64,000 bases of DNA from Candidatus Latescibacterota bacterium (GCA_965223905.1 CBDCXV010000010.1:1792001-1856000), one strand, 5' to 3'; counted from the stretch's first letter, positions 1 through 10,814 are shown. Translations and numbers: made by a program. The notes: generated from the letters alone by a model not told the origin.

Positions 1-23
1 TTCGAGTCCTACTGGGCCCACCA
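1..23 (+). tRNA. 3' end of a tRNA gene (isotype not visible; truncated by window edge)
   Basis: TTCGAGTCCTAC T-loop/stem, then TGGGCCC-A-CCA acceptor end. Confidence 0.8.
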
Positions 24-151
24 GCCATTCGAAAACGCAGCCCGTTTGCGTTGCGTTTGCCCGGTATTCGAACCGCCATTCGCCGCTCCGGTGCTCTCCC
101 CCGCGGCAACCACCCGACGAACCCGGGCGATTCAACCAAGGAAGCTTCGCG

Positions 152-1516
152 ATGGAGTCTGTGCCCTCCGATTCATTCGTGGTCAGAACCCCTTCTTCGA
201 GGTCGCTCTACGAACGGGCCGTGAGGGTGCTTCCGAGCGGGGTCACCCACGACACCCGCTATCTGCAGCCGCATCCGATCTTCGTCGAACGCGCCCGGGG
301 ATCGCGCAAGTGGGATGTCGACGGTAACGAATACGTCGATTACTTCGGCGGCCACGGTGCCCTGATGCTGGGTCACAACCACCCGGTCGTCACCGAAGCG
401 GTTCGCGAGCAGCTCGGGCGCGGCACCCATTACGGCGCCTCGCACGAACTCGAACTCGAGTGGGCGGAGCTGATCGTCCGCATGGTCCCGTGCGCCGAGA
501 AGGTGCGGTTTACCAGTTCGGGGACCGAGGCGACCATGCTCGCCCTGCGCATTGCCCGCGCCTACACGGAAAGGCGGAAGATCCTGCGTTTCGACAGCCA
601 TTTTCACGGCTGGCACGACCAGGTCGCATTCGGTTCCCCCGCCACTTCAGCGGACGAGCTCCCGAGCGGTATCACCCGCGGCATGGCGGAGAACATCGCC
701 CTCTGCCCGCCGAACGACATGGATGCCGCCGAGGCGTTGCTCGACAGCGGCGAGATTGCCGCGGTGATCTTCGAGCCGACGGGTGCGACCTTCGGTCGGG
801 TACCGACGGCTGACGGGTTCCCGAAAAAGTTGCGGCAACTGACCGCGCGCACAGGAACGCTGCTCATCTTCGACGAAGTCATTTCGGGATTCCGCGTGGC
901 CAGGGGAGGAGCCCAGGAGGTGTATGGCGTCACCCCCGATCTCGCCGTAATGGCCAAGGCGATGGCCGGCGGCTTTCCCGGAGGCGCGGTAGTGGGACGG
1001 GCGGATGTAATGGACATGCTGACCATGAAAGACGCCCAGTGGAACGCCAGGCGGCGCATTGCCCACCAGGGAACCTTCAACGCCAACCCGATTTCGGCAG
1101 CTGCCGGACTCGCCCAGCTGAGGATGATCGCCGAGGGGGATGTGATCGAGCGTGCAAACGCAAACGGGGAACAGCTCCGCAGGCTGCTCGCCGAAGTGAG
1201 CGCCGAAGAGGGGGGCAATGCCATCGTCTACGGGACGTTCTCCGGCTTTCACTTCTTCTGCGACGACGAAGACCGGGGGGTCACCTGCGAGGCGATCTAC
1301 AAGGGCGAGGTTCCGTACGGAGTACTGAAAGGCGGTATGCCGGGCTCCTTGATCAGCGACTTCCGCGCCGGGATGCTCGCCGCCGGAGTCGATCTGGTGC
1401 CCTGGCCGGGAGGTCTGATATCGGCGGTCCACACCGATGAGGATTTGGAGCAGACCGCAGCCGCTTTCAGGCGGGTTCTGAGGCAGTTGGAAAAAGCATC
1501 GCCGGTTACGGCGTGA
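152..1516 (+). CDS. Class III PLP aminotransferase (glutamate-1-semialdehyde aminomutase-like)
   Basis: WDVDGNEYVDY, FTSSGTEAT, FHGWHD, LLIFDEVISGFR, PDLAVMAK, HQGTFNANP motifs. Confidence 0.9.
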   Translation: MESVPSDSFVVRTPSSRSLYERAVRVLPSGVTHDTRYLQPHPIFVERARGSRKWDVDGNEYVDYFGGHGALMLGHNHPVVTEAVREQLGRGTHYGASHELELEWAELIVRMVPCAEKVRFTSSGTEATMLALRIARAYTERRKILRFDSHFHGWHDQVAFGSPATSADELPSGITRGMAENIALCPPNDMDAAEALLDSGEIAAVIFEPTGATFGRVPTADGFPKKLRQLTARTGTLLIFDEVISGFRVARGGAQEVYGVTPDLAVMAKAMAGGFPGGAVVGRADVMDMLTMKDAQWNARRRIAHQGTFNANPISAAAGLAQLRMIAEGDVIERANANGEQLRRLLAEVSAEEGGNAIVYGTFSGFHFFCDDEDRGVTCEAIYKGEVPYGVLKGGMPGSLISDFRAGMLAAGVDLVPWPGGLISAVHTDEDLEQTAAAFRRVLRQLEKASPVTA

Positions 1517-1543
1517 ACCCCGTCCTGTTTCGGCTGGTGTTGC

Positions 1544-1620
1544 GGGCGATTAGCTCAGTTGGTTAGAGCGCTGGTTTCACATACCAGAGGTCACTAGTTC
1601 GAGTCTAGTATCGCCCACCA
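1544..1620 (+). tRNA. tRNA-Val(CAC)
   Basis: Cloverleaf GGGCGAT...ATCGCCC-A-CCA; anticodon arm CTGGT-TTCACAT-ACCAG. Confidence 0.96.
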
Positions 1621-1630
1621 CCTGCATGAC

Positions 1631-1665
1631 GCGGGCGGCAGTTCCCACTGCTGCCCGTTTTTTTT
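1631..1665 (+). terminator. Intrinsic terminator after tRNA-Val
   Basis: GCGGGCGGCAGT-tccc-ACTGCTGCCCGT followed by T run. Confidence 0.85.
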
Positions 1666-1847
1666 CGGTATACAGTTTGAAACCCCGGTGCGTTTCCAGA
1701 CTCAAGGCGCCGGGAAATTGGCCGCAGGCTCGAATTCTCGGCGCGGTCCTGACCAAGGGCAGCCCGAAGCAGGCGGGCCGGGAATCCTCGAAGACCCGAG
1801 GTTCCATGGCCCCTTGCCGCCACGCCCGCTTGCCACTGCAGTTCCAG

Positions 1848-2687
1848 CTATTCCTTTACGGCTCCCGCGGTCAATCCCTGGACGAAGTGCCGCTGCAGCG
1901 AGACGAAGATGGCAATGGGGGGCAGGCTGAAGATGAGGGAAGCTGCGAAAAGTTGGTCGTACTTGTTGACGTACTGACCGAGAAAGGCAGTCCTGATCCC
2001 GACGGGGATGGTCAGGGCGTTCGACTTGGTGAATACGTAGGCGAAAAGGAACTCGTTCCACGACAGCAGGAACGCGAAGGTACCGACAGCGACCACTGCC
2101 GGCGCCGCCAGGGGCAGCACGATCCGCCACAACAGCTCGAGTCGCGAGCAGCCGTCGATCAGCGCCGCCTGCTCCAGATCCTCGGGTATCGCCTTGAAGT
2201 AGCCGTTGAGGAGCCAGGTGCAGAACGGAATCGCGAACCCTGTGTAAATCAGCACCATGCCGACGTGGGTATCGAGGAGACCGAGATTGCGGATCGCCTG
2301 GAACAGCGGAATCAGGATGGAGCTTCCCGGAAGCATCTGCGACATCACCACGAGCATCAGCAACAGGGTAGCGCCGCGGAATCGAAAGCGGGAAAAGGAA
2401 TAGGCGGCCCCGACACTGAAAGCCGGAGAAATCACCGCGGTCGCCAGCGAGATTCCCGCGCTGTTCACGAAGTAGCGGACGAAGGGGGCTTCGTCCCAGA
2501 TGTCGAAGTAGGCGTCGAAGGTCAGCGACTGCGGCCACACCATCGGGGGCGTCTGCGTCATTTCGGAAATCGGCCTGATCGACGTGCTCACCACCCATAT
2601 CAGGGGCAGCACCAGGAGGAAGACGAACAGGCCGCCCAGCCCGTAGCCGAGGCTGGACCGGATCCTTTCCTGCGTCCCCTGTCTCAT
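1848..2687 (-). CDS. Carbohydrate ABC transporter permease (MalG-like)
   Basis: Multiple TM segments, EAA loop IPEDLEQAALIDGCS, SWNEFLFA, QRHFVQGLTAGAVK. Confidence 0.93.
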   Translation of the reverse strand: MRQGTQERIRSSLGYGLGGLFVFLLVLPLIWVVSTSIRPISEMTQTPPMVWPQSLTFDAYFDIWDEAPFVRYFVNSAGISLATAVISPAFSVGAAYSFSRFRFRGATLLLMLVVMSQMLPGSSILIPLFQAIRNLGLLDTHVGMVLIYTGFAIPFCTWLLNGYFKAIPEDLEQAALIDGCSRLELLWRIVLPLAAPAVVAVGTFAFLLSWNEFLFAYVFTKSNALTIPVGIRTAFLGQYVNKYDQLFAASLIFSLPPIAIFVSLQRHFVQGLTAGAVKE

Positions 2688-2790
2688 GCCGGTTTTGCTT
2701 CAGCCCTGTTCTCGGCGAACAGCACGCGGATGAAGATCATGCTGACGGCGAGGAGGAACAGCAGCAGGATCATCGCCGCCGCGGACTGTG
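2684..2790 (-). pseudogene. C-terminal remnant of the upstream ABC permease (MalF-like)
   Basis: SAAAMILLLFLLAVSMIFIRVLF...KPA* overlapping the next start (ATGA); 5' part missing. Confidence 0.6.
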
Positions 2791-3895
2791 CTTTCTTTGG
2801 GGGGGGGGTCACCGTCTACTGCGGTCCGAAGGGCATGGTCGGCGCACCCGACCGCCTCTACCGCAACGAGGGCGAGCGCTTTGTAGACGCGACCGAATCG
2901 TCCGGCGTCAGCGCGGCCAACCGCTATTACGGACTTGGGGTTATCCCAGAAGATTTCGATCTGGACGGCGATTCCGACCTGTTCGTTGCCAACGACGAGA
3001 CTCCGAACGTCCTGTTTCGCAACGAGGGAAACGGCACCTTCACCGATGTCGCGGTAATGGGTGGAGTAGCCTACAACGAAGACGGGGACGAGGAGGCGGG
3101 AATGGGCGTCGCTGTTGGCGACTACGACCGGGATGGGGACCCGATCTGTACGTAACCCACTTCTTCCAGGAGTCGAACACCCTCTACGACAACGACGGAA
3201 GGGGCACCTTTACGGACGTCACCGCCCGCTCCGGTCTCGGGGGGCCCACCTTGAGCCGGCTGGGATGGGGTACCGGCTTTTTCGACTGGGACCACGACGG
3301 CGACCTCGACCTGTTCGTTGCCAACGGTCACGTCTATCCCCAGGTGGACGATGTCGAGAGCGGTAGTTCCTACCGCCAGCGCAACCAGCTTTTCGAGAAT
3401 CTCGGGAGCGGTGATTTCCGCGATGTATCTGCTTTCGCCGGGCCGGGGATGGAGGTGGAGAAGGTCAGTCGAGGAGCCGTTTTTGGGGACTACGACAACG
3501 ACGGGGACGTCGACGTCTTTATTGTAAACCTGAACGACACCCCAACGCTTTTGCGCAGCGGCGGCGACGAGGAGAAGGGGTCATGGCTGGCGGTGCAGGT
3601 CGTTGCAAGCACCTGCAACCGTGATGGGACAGGTGTGCGCGTGGCGGTGCGCACAGGGGGGAAGACCCAATGGCGGACGATTAACGGAGCGTCCAGTTAA
3701 TTGGCACACAACGACTTGCGTGCCCACTTCGGGGTCGGGGAGAGTAGTCTGGTCGACGCAGTGCAGCTGTACTGGCCGGACGGGAGCGTTGATACAGTCA
3801 GAGATGTGCCGGTGGGGCGATTATTGGTGATCGAACAAGGTGGCGCCAGCCAAATCCTGAGGATGGGGGAAAATCCCTACTCCCTCGGATTTTAG
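2785..3895 (+). pseudogene. CRTAC1/ASPIC-UnbV FG-GAP repeat protein, 5'-truncated, frameshifted
   Basis: DFDLDGDSDLFVAND, AGMGVAVGDYD, DHDGDLDLFVANGHV; -1 frameshift near 3142; TAA at 3698-3700 inside SS(Y)LAHND..HFG. Confidence 0.85.
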
Positions 3896-3910
3896 CTGCC
3901 GGCACCCCCA

Positions 3911-4794
3911 TCACCAGCGGTAGGCCGGAGGATGTTGTCCGGCGAGAGCTTCGATCCACATTTTCGACCAGGCTTCGTAGTCGGTGAGAACCGAAGACGG
4001 GGCAGCTGCACTGCGCACCGCGAAGTCGGGCCAGAACGACCGGCCTGTCGGAGTACCGGTCGCTTGGAAACAAAGATCGATGCTCCAGCGAATTGTATCA
4101 GATCGGTTGGGGAAGGATCGGTGCGGGATCTCCTTGTGCATCAGCAGGACATCCCCCCTGCTCATTGGTAGAGCCACAGGCTCTCCCTTCGGCATCTCCT
4201 CTGGGGACAGGGTGGCGCTGGACCTGTGCAGCAGTCCCTGGCCGCACCCCCGGGATAATTTTCATGCAACCGTTCTCGGGGCTCGCTTCGGCCAACGCGA
4301 TCCAGACAGTCAGAATGAACACAGGGTCTGCTTCGGGGAGCATGACTGCGATATCCTGATGCCATTTGGCGACGTGTTCGCCTCCGTGCGGATCGCTGGC
4401 CGGCAGCTTCGGGCGCAGGTGTTGGATGGGATTACAGGTGATTTCGGGGGTTCCGATCAGTGGTTCGACGAGATCGAGCAGGGAATCGTTGCGCATGAAC
4501 TCGAACATCGCCCTGCCGCGCAAGTGCATTATGTCCAGATCGGGATATATCTCTTCGCACTGCCGGTGCAGATGGATCAGGCGCCGCTCGAATGGTTCGG
4601 CGACATACAGGTCTTGTATCTTTCCTTCCGCATGCAGCTCGCGGGCGCGCAGAATGCAGCTCGCGGGCGCGCAGATCGATGAACTCTTCGTATTCCGAGA
4701 CGACCGGATGCAGATCGGCATCCGTCAGGCCTTCTCTGACCACGACGTACCCTTCCGCATCAAATCGATCCTTCTCTGCCGTTGTAAGACTCAT
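3911..4794 (-). pseudogene. Phytanoyl-CoA dioxygenase (PhyH) family, disrupted
   Basis: FDAEGYVVV, WHQD, TVWIAL, ENGCM, GDVLLMH, HRS.PN.SD.IRWSID spread over three frames; 22-bp tandem duplication and a second break near 4200-4240. Confidence 0.85.
4632..4675. repeat. 22-bp perfect tandem duplication
   Basis: ATGCAGCTCGCGGGCGCGCAGA x2. Confidence 0.97.
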
Positions 4795-4876
4795 ATGTGT
4801 TCGCTCATCGAAAAACCACCTCCTGAGGGTGAATCTCGCTCGAATATGCCGGGGTAAGCTGGTATCGTCAAAGAAA

Positions 4877-6140
4877 ATGGTCCGACTGGTTGGCGCGAAA
4901 TGCCTTCTGGCGGCCATCGCTTGTGAAGGCTGCGGTCAGACCAGTGATACCGGGGCGAAGGCGGGGTTGGACGATCTTTTGAGGCAGCACCTCCTTGCGG
5001 CGAAGGAGCACGTGCGCGCCGGGCAGTTCCCCGCTGCCGTGAAATCGGCAAAAGCGGGCCTCGCTCTCGACTCGACTTCCGCCGATCTCAACAACCTGCT
5101 GGCCACCGCCGAAGCGTCCCAGGGTCGCTACCGCCCCGCGATCGACGCCCTTGAGCGGGCCCTGAGACACCACCCGGATTTCGCCCTGGGACACCTCAAC
5201 CTCGGCGGCCTCTACACCAAGCTGGGTCGCTTCGATCTCGTCGAAGTCAATCCGGGTTGAAAGGGCCCTCGACCTGGAGCCGGACTGGTCGTCGGTATAT
5301 CGGCGCCTCGCCGAGTTGTACCTCGGGAGCGAGCGGCCCGGGGCAGCCATCGACGCGATTCGCCGGGCAATGGAGCTGTTCCCCGGCGACGCGACCCTGA
5401 CCTTCTATCTGGGTCGCTCCCTGGAGACAGCCGGACGGAAAGAGGAGGCCCTGGGTGCCTTTCAGAAGGCCGCCGACCTCGATATCGGCTTCGAAGAGGC
5501 CCTCTATCGCCTGTCCGTGCTTGCCCGGAGGTCTGGGCGCCACGCCCTCGCCGACTCGGCACTCGAACGCTTCGAACACCTGCAACGGATAGGAAACTCC
5601 CCCGAGATTCATAAAATGATGAAAAGGTTGCGCTCGTCGATCCTGAACGCCCCGGAAGACGGGGCTCACCACTACGCGCTGGGCGCCTTCTTTGCCCGCT
5701 GGGGATACTGGGATCAGGCGCTTAACAAATTCGCCCGGGTCGCCGCCCTGGATCCCGCCGACCCGCACCGGTTGAACCAGATCGGCAACCTTCTCGTGCT
5801 GCACTCGCGCCCAGGGGATGCGGTCGCCTTCTTCGAGGATGCCATGGCCGCGGACTCGACATTCGTTCCGGCATTCGTAAATCTCGGGACCGCTCTCGAC
5901 CTTCTCGGCCGCGGCCAGGAAGCCATGGATTGCTACGAACGGGCGCTGGCGTTGGGGCCAGCGGATCCCACTGTCTATCTCTCCTACGGCCTCAGTCTGC
6001 TCAAGGCGGGACGGCCCGAAGAGGCCGGGGAGAAGCTGGAATCAGGCAAAGCCCTGACCGCTCCCGATTCCAAGTTGCGCGCCCGATTCGATCGCCTCCT
6101 GTCCGCGGGGACCGCAGCAAGGGACAGGACGAACCCGTAA
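4877..6140 (+). pseudogene. TPR repeat lipoprotein, frameshifted near 5250
   Basis: Lipobox-like CEG-C; TPR helices continue from HLNLGGLYTKLGRFD into ERALDLEPDWSSVYRRLAELY in another frame. Confidence 0.75.
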
Positions 6141-6147
6141 CGCAGGC

Positions 6148-7833
6148 TCAGGGAGCCGGCTCCACCAGCCGCACCGTTCCGTCGAGTGGCGGCTCGGCGA
6201 TCACCTGCTCGACCCCACTGGGCCAACGGACCCGCAGGGGACCGGGATCGGCCAAGCCTCCGAGTCCGAAGTGAGCGCGGTAGGGACTGGAGGATAGATA
6301 CCCCACCCCTCCGTGGATCTCGCGAAACTGCCGTGCCCCGGCCTCCCCCACCCACAGCTTGGCCCCGACCGCGTCGCGGTTCGTCCTCCCCTCCAGCTCG
6401 ACGTCGAGCCAATGGGCGGCGTTGCCCCCCTCGTTCCGCAGGATGACTGCCCCCCGTCCGGCATCGAGCAGGGCGATGTCCGTGTCCCCGTCGGCGTCGT
6501 AGTCGGCAAAGGCTGCCCCGCGGCCTGCGTAAGGGGTCGCGAAGGCCTGCCCGAGAGCAGCGGAAACATCCCCGAAACGGCCGCCCAGATTGCGCAGCAG
6601 CTGGGGCGTCTGCCGGTAGGTGACCAGCGCGTCGTACTCCTCGATGTTGTCGTGCACGTGTCCGTTGGCCACGAAGAGATCGAGCCAGCCGTCGTTGTCG
6701 TAGTCGAGAAAACCGGTTCCGAACCCGAGGTAGTTCAGGCTGACCTTCCCGAGCCCGGCTGCAAAGGAGATCTCGGCGTAGTACGACCCGTCGTTGCGAT
6801 ACAGGGCGTTGTGCTCCAGCTGGTAGTTGGTGACGAAGAGATCGAGGTCGCCGTCGTTGTCGAAATCCCCGGCGTCGACGCCCATGCCCGCCTGCGCCTT
6901 GCCGTCGGCGCTCAGCGCCGTTCCCGTTAACAGGCCGACCTCGTCGAAGCGGCCTCCCTGGTTGCTGTACAGGAAATTGGGGGTCATGTCGTTGGCGACG
7001 TAGATGTCGGAGTCGCCGTCGCCGTCGAAGTCGCCGCTGACGGCGCCGAGGCCGTTCCCGGGGTCATCCACTCCCGCCGCGGCGCTTCTGTTCGCGAAGC
7101 TGCCCTGGCCGCCGTTGACGAAATACAGATCCTTCGTCGGTGGGAACTGGCTCGGGTCGCAATAGAACCGCAGGTCCATGTCGCGCCGCCCGCACCAGGG
7201 GTGGGCGACGACCTCGAAGGCTACGTAGCTGGTGACGTACAGATCGAGGTGGCCGTCGTTGTCTCCGTCGACGAAAACCGCGCTGCTCGACCACCCGGCC
7301 TGCCCTACCCCGCTTCCGAGGGTGACCTCGGTATATGCCGATCCGTCGTTTCGCAGGAGTTGGTCCGGTCCCCAGTTGGCCAGGTAGAGATCCTGGTCGC
7401 CGTCGCTGTCGTAGTCCGCAGCGGCGACACCCATACCGTAGGCGGAACCTGACAGGCCGGCTTCGCGGGTAACCTCGCGAAAGCGGGCGCCATCGTTCCG
7501 GTAGAGCCGGTTCCAGGAATCCCCCCTGCCTTCGACGAGATTGCCGCTGTTGACGAGGTAGAGGTCGAAGTCGCCGTCCCCGTCGCTGTCGAACCAGGCG
7601 ATGCCGGATCCGTAGGTTTCCGGCAGGTATTTCTCGGCCCCTATCCCGTTGCGGTGGGTGAAGTCGATCCCCAGTTCCGCGGTTACGTCGGCGAAGCGGA
7701 TCGGATCGGCGCTGCCGCTCAGCGGCCCCGACACCCAGGCCGACGCCAGCAGAATTGCCCGCGAAGCCCGCCCCAGCCCACTGGGGAGCTTGACCGTCCG
7801 GATGGAGTAGGTGCTACCTTTTGAAGTCCTCAT
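6148..7833 (-). CDS. CRTAC1 family protein (FG-GAP repeats + ASPIC/UnbV C-terminal domain); start uncertain
   Basis: IRFADVT..GIDFTH, KYLPETYGSG, DxDGDxD repeats, AGMGVDAGDFDNDG, GGVGYLSS..HFGLG. Confidence 0.9.
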   Translation of the reverse strand: MRTSKGSTYSIRTVKLPSGLGRASRAILLASAWVSGPLSGSADPIRFADVTAELGIDFTHRNGIGAEKYLPETYGSGIAWFDSDGDGDFDLYLVNSGNLVEGRGDSWNRLYRNDGARFREVTREAGLSGSAYGMGVAAADYDSDGDQDLYLANWGPDQLLRNDGSAYTEVTLGSGVGQAGWSSSAVFVDGDNDGHLDLYVTSYVAFEVVAHPWCGRRDMDLRFYCDPSQFPPTKDLYFVNGGQGSFANRSAAAGVDDPGNGLGAVSGDFDGDGDSDIYVANDMTPNFLYSNQGGRFDEVGLLTGTALSADGKAQAGMGVDAGDFDNDGDLDLFVTNYQLEHNALYRNDGSYYAEISFAAGLGKVSLNYLGFGTGFLDYDNDGWLDLFVANGHVHDNIEEYDALVTYRQTPQLLRNLGGRFGDVSAALGQAFATPYAGRGAAFADYDADGDTDIALLDAGRGAVILRNEGGNAAHWLDVELEGRTNRDAVGAKLWVGEAGARQFREIHGGVGYLSSSPYRAHFGLGGLADPGPLRVRWPSGVEQVIAEPPLDGTVRLVEPAP

Positions 7834-8803
7834 GAAATCGATTCTGCAGACATTCCGGTTTGCCGCCTGCCCGCTGGCGGCCCTGGCGGTCGCGGCGACC
7901 TTCGCAGGATGCGATGCCACAGCTCCCCAATCTACGGGTGATTCCGGGACCGCGGCACTGCATGAGATCCTGCGTGAGGCCTCGAGGGCAGCCGAAAAGG
8001 GACAGTACGAGCAGGCAGAGGAGCGTTTTGCCGCTGCCCTTGCCGAGGCGAACGGCTCCGACGCCGAGCGCCTGGTGCGGGTGCGGATCTTGCAGAGCCT
8101 TGCCCGCGTCAAGGCGGTTCAGGGCCGGGTCGAGGCTGCCGACAGCCTCCATCACGAAGCGCTCGCCCTGCTCGAAGAGGACGCGGAAGATCTCGGGATT
8201 CCCGGAGAGGAGCTGCTGCAGGCCCTAGGTTCCCTCGGCAATCTCGCGCGCGCGCGCGGGGACCTCGACACCGCGGAATGGCGCTTCGGGCAGATTCTGC
8301 AGCGCGGTGCCGAAGGGGAGATCTCGCTGCAGCCCCACGACATCGCCCTCCCCGCGACTCTCAGCGGCCTTGCCAAGGTCGCCCGGGCGCGCGGCGACTT
8401 GGAGCGAGCCGACTCGCTGTCGAGCCGCGGCATGGGACTCAAGCTCTACTCCCAGGGGTTCGCAGCGTACACGCACAACGATCTCCAGCAGGCCGAATCG
8501 ATGTATCGCCGGGCGCTGTCGGTACAGGAGAAATCCCTGGGGCCGTTCCACCCTGACGTGGCGGCGACCAGCTCGGCTCTCGGCCGGCTGCTCGCTTCCC
8601 AGAGCCGCCACCCCAGTGCGGTACCGCTTTTTGAGCGCGCCGCGCGCATATACGAGGCCGTTCCCGATGCCGATTTCGAGCTCGGCACCACCCTCGAAGG
8701 GCTGTCGGAGAGTCTGGCCGGCACATCCCGGGGGGCCGAGGCAGACAGCGTGGCCAGACTGGGTGAAGAGGCAATTGTCAGATATAACGGAAATGGCGGC
8801 TGA
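7811..8803 (+). CDS. Tetratricopeptide repeat lipoprotein
   Basis: FAG-C lipobox; AESMYRRALSVQEKSLGPFHPDVA kinesin-light-chain-type TPR; start GTG 7811 or ATG 7832. Confidence 0.8.
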   Translation: MLPFEVLMKSILQTFRFAACPLAALAVAATFAGCDATAPQSTGDSGTAALHEILREASRAAEKGQYEQAEERFAAALAEANGSDAERLVRVRILQSLARVKAVQGRVEAADSLHHEALALLEEDAEDLGIPGEELLQALGSLGNLARARGDLDTAEWRFGQILQRGAEGEISLQPHDIALPATLSGLAKVARARGDLERADSLSSRGMGLKLYSQGFAAYTHNDLQQAESMYRRALSVQEKSLGPFHPDVAATSSALGRLLASQSRHPSAVPLFERAARIYEAVPDADFELGTTLEGLSESLAGTSRGAEADSVARLGEEAIVRYNGNGG

Positions 8804-8994
8804 ACCTGTTATAGACGAACGGTTTTGATCCCGCGTACCGGGCCAAGTACCTTGGAAATCCCGGCTTTGGGCATCCGTGGTGAAAACCACTTGGAACGGG
8901 CCGATCAACCGGCCGCCGGGACAGGCCGCCATCCAGATGAAAAGGAGCATGGAATGCCCTCTGCCAGGGGCTGCTTGCAGCGAGGAGTTGAGGC

Positions 8995-9873
8995 ATGGGT
9001 GCCAATGGGCACATAAGTGACGAGCGGCTCGTCGAGCTGCAAACGACAGCGATCGCAATGCGCCGCCTGGTGGTCGAGTCGGTTCACCATGCCGGCGCCG
9101 GCCACCTCGGCGGGCCGATGTCGGCGGCCGAGATCCTGACCTCCCTGTATTTCGAGGTGCTCAACGTGCGCACCGATGCCCCGCAACATCCAGACCGCGA
9201 CCGCTTCATCATGTCGAAGGGACACTCCTCGATCGGCCTTTACGCCGTGCTCGCCCTGCGGGGGTTCTTCCCGGTCGATGAACTGAAGACCTTCGACGCC
9301 GTCGACTCCCGGCTGCAGGGACATCCCGACATGTCCGTCCTCGACTCGCTGGACATGTCGACCGGATCGCTCGGCCAGGGACTCTCCCCCGGGGTCGGGA
9401 TGGCCCTCGCCGCGAAGTTGAAGGGGAAGCAGTACCACACCTGGGTGCTGATCGGCGACGGCGATTCACAGGAAGGCCAGATCTGGGAGGCCGCCTTCGT
9501 CGCCGAACGCTACGGGCTGGACAACCTCACCGCCATCCTCGACTGGAACGGACTGCAGCAGTACGGATGGGCGACCGAAGGGGGATACGACGTGTTGCCG
9601 CGCCGGCCTGCCCAGGAAAACCCGCACGCCAGGTGGGAGGCGTTCGGCTGGGCTGTCACCGAGATCGACGGCCACGACTTCCGCGACATTCTGCGGGGGT
9701 GCGCCTGGGCAAAAGAAAACCGCGGGCGCCCGAGCCTGATTGTAGCGCGCACCATCAAGGGCAAGGGGATCTCGTACATGGAGAACGACTTCAACTGGCA
9801 CAGCAAGCCGGTAACGGACGAGGATCTGAGGGTGGCTCGCGAGGAACTGGCCGCCCAGGAGGCCGCCCTGTGA
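8995..9873 (+). CDS. Transketolase, N-terminal subunit
   Basis: GHLGGPMSAAEI, DRDRFIMSKGH, LQGHP, STGSLGQG, GDGDSQEGQIWEA; GAGGAG RBS. Confidence 0.95.
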   Translation: MGANGHISDERLVELQTTAIAMRRLVVESVHHAGAGHLGGPMSAAEILTSLYFEVLNVRTDAPQHPDRDRFIMSKGHSSIGLYAVLALRGFFPVDELKTFDAVDSRLQGHPDMSVLDSLDMSTGSLGQGLSPGVGMALAAKLKGKQYHTWVLIGDGDSQEGQIWEAAFVAERYGLDNLTAILDWNGLQQYGWATEGGYDVLPRRPAQENPHARWEAFGWAVTEIDGHDFRDILRGCAWAKENRGRPSLIVARTIKGKGISYMENDFNWHSKPVTDEDLRVAREELAAQEAAL

Positions 9874-10814
9874 ACCTTTCCGTCAGCGACCGGTTGCTGG
9901 CCCAGCGCGACGTTTTCGGCGACACCCTCGTCGAGATGATCGACGCCAATCCCGACGTATACGTCCTCGACGGCGACCTGGCCAACTCGACGAAGGCCGA
10001 CAAGGTCTCCCGGGAGAGGCCGCAGCGCTTCCTCGAAATGGGCATCGCAGAGCAGAACATGATGGGGGTGGCCGCCGGCATGGCCACCTGCGGCCTGGTG
10101 CCGTGGTTGAGCAGCTTCGCCTGCTTCCTGGTCAATCGCGACCTCGACCAGCTGCGAGTGGTCGTCGCCCAGCCTTCACTCAACGTCAAGATCGGCGCCG
10201 CCTACACCGGGCTTCTCACTGGAAAAACCGGCAAGACGCACCAAGAGGTTTCCGACATCGCCGTCATGCGGGCGATGCCGAACATGACCGTTCTCGCCCC
10301 GGCGGACGGAGTGGAAGTGAGACTCTGCATGCTGGAGGCGACCGCCTGGGAAGGCCCGGTGTACGTGCGCCTTACGCGCGATCCCGAACCGGTGATATTC
10401 GACGACAGCCACAGTTTCCGCATAGGCGAGACCTACGTAGTGCGCGAAGGTGCCGACGTGACCATCATGGCCACGGGAGCGCAGACCGTGCGCGCCCTGG
10501 CCGCGGCCGACTTGCTTGCGGGCGACGGCGTATCCGCCCACGTCCTGCACGTGCCGACGCTCAAGCCGCTCGACATCGCCGGCATCGTCGAGGCCGCTGA
10601 AAGAACCGGGCGCGTGGTCACCGCCGAGGACCACTCGGTGATCGGCGGTCTCGGGGGCGCGGTTGCCGAGGCCCTCGCAGAGCACCTGCCCACCCCGTTG
10701 AAACGGGTCGGCATACCCGACTGTTTCGGAGAATCGGCTGCCAACGACGACCTGCTGCGCAAATACGGCCTCACCCATCGACACGTGGCGGTAGCCGCGA
10801 AACAGTTGCTGTGA
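9870..10814 (+). CDS. Transketolase, C-terminal subunit
   Basis: GTGA overlap; EMGIAEQNMMGVAAGMA, THQ, GPVYVRL, TAEDHSVIGGLG. Confidence 0.95.
   Translation: MNLSVSDRLLAQRDVFGDTLVEMIDANPDVYVLDGDLANSTKADKVSRERPQRFLEMGIAEQNMMGVAAGMATCGLVPWLSSFACFLVNRDLDQLRVVVAQPSLNVKIGAAYTGLLTGKTGKTHQEVSDIAVMRAMPNMTVLAPADGVEVRLCMLEATAWEGPVYVRLTRDPEPVIFDDSHSFRIGETYVVREGADVTIMATGAQTVRALAAADLLAGDGVSAHVLHVPTLKPLDIAGIVEAAERTGRVVTAEDHSVIGGLGGAVAEALAEHLPTPLKRVGIPDCFGESAANDDLLRKYGLTHRHVAVAAKQLL

Noticed and set aside
152-1516. Assigning hemL
   Set aside because: Class III motifs do not fix the substrate and no heme genes are adjacent
1626-3155. 509-aa + strand ORF
   Set aside because: Mostly antisense shadow of the permease; only the part after about 2785 is real (CRTAC1 fragment)
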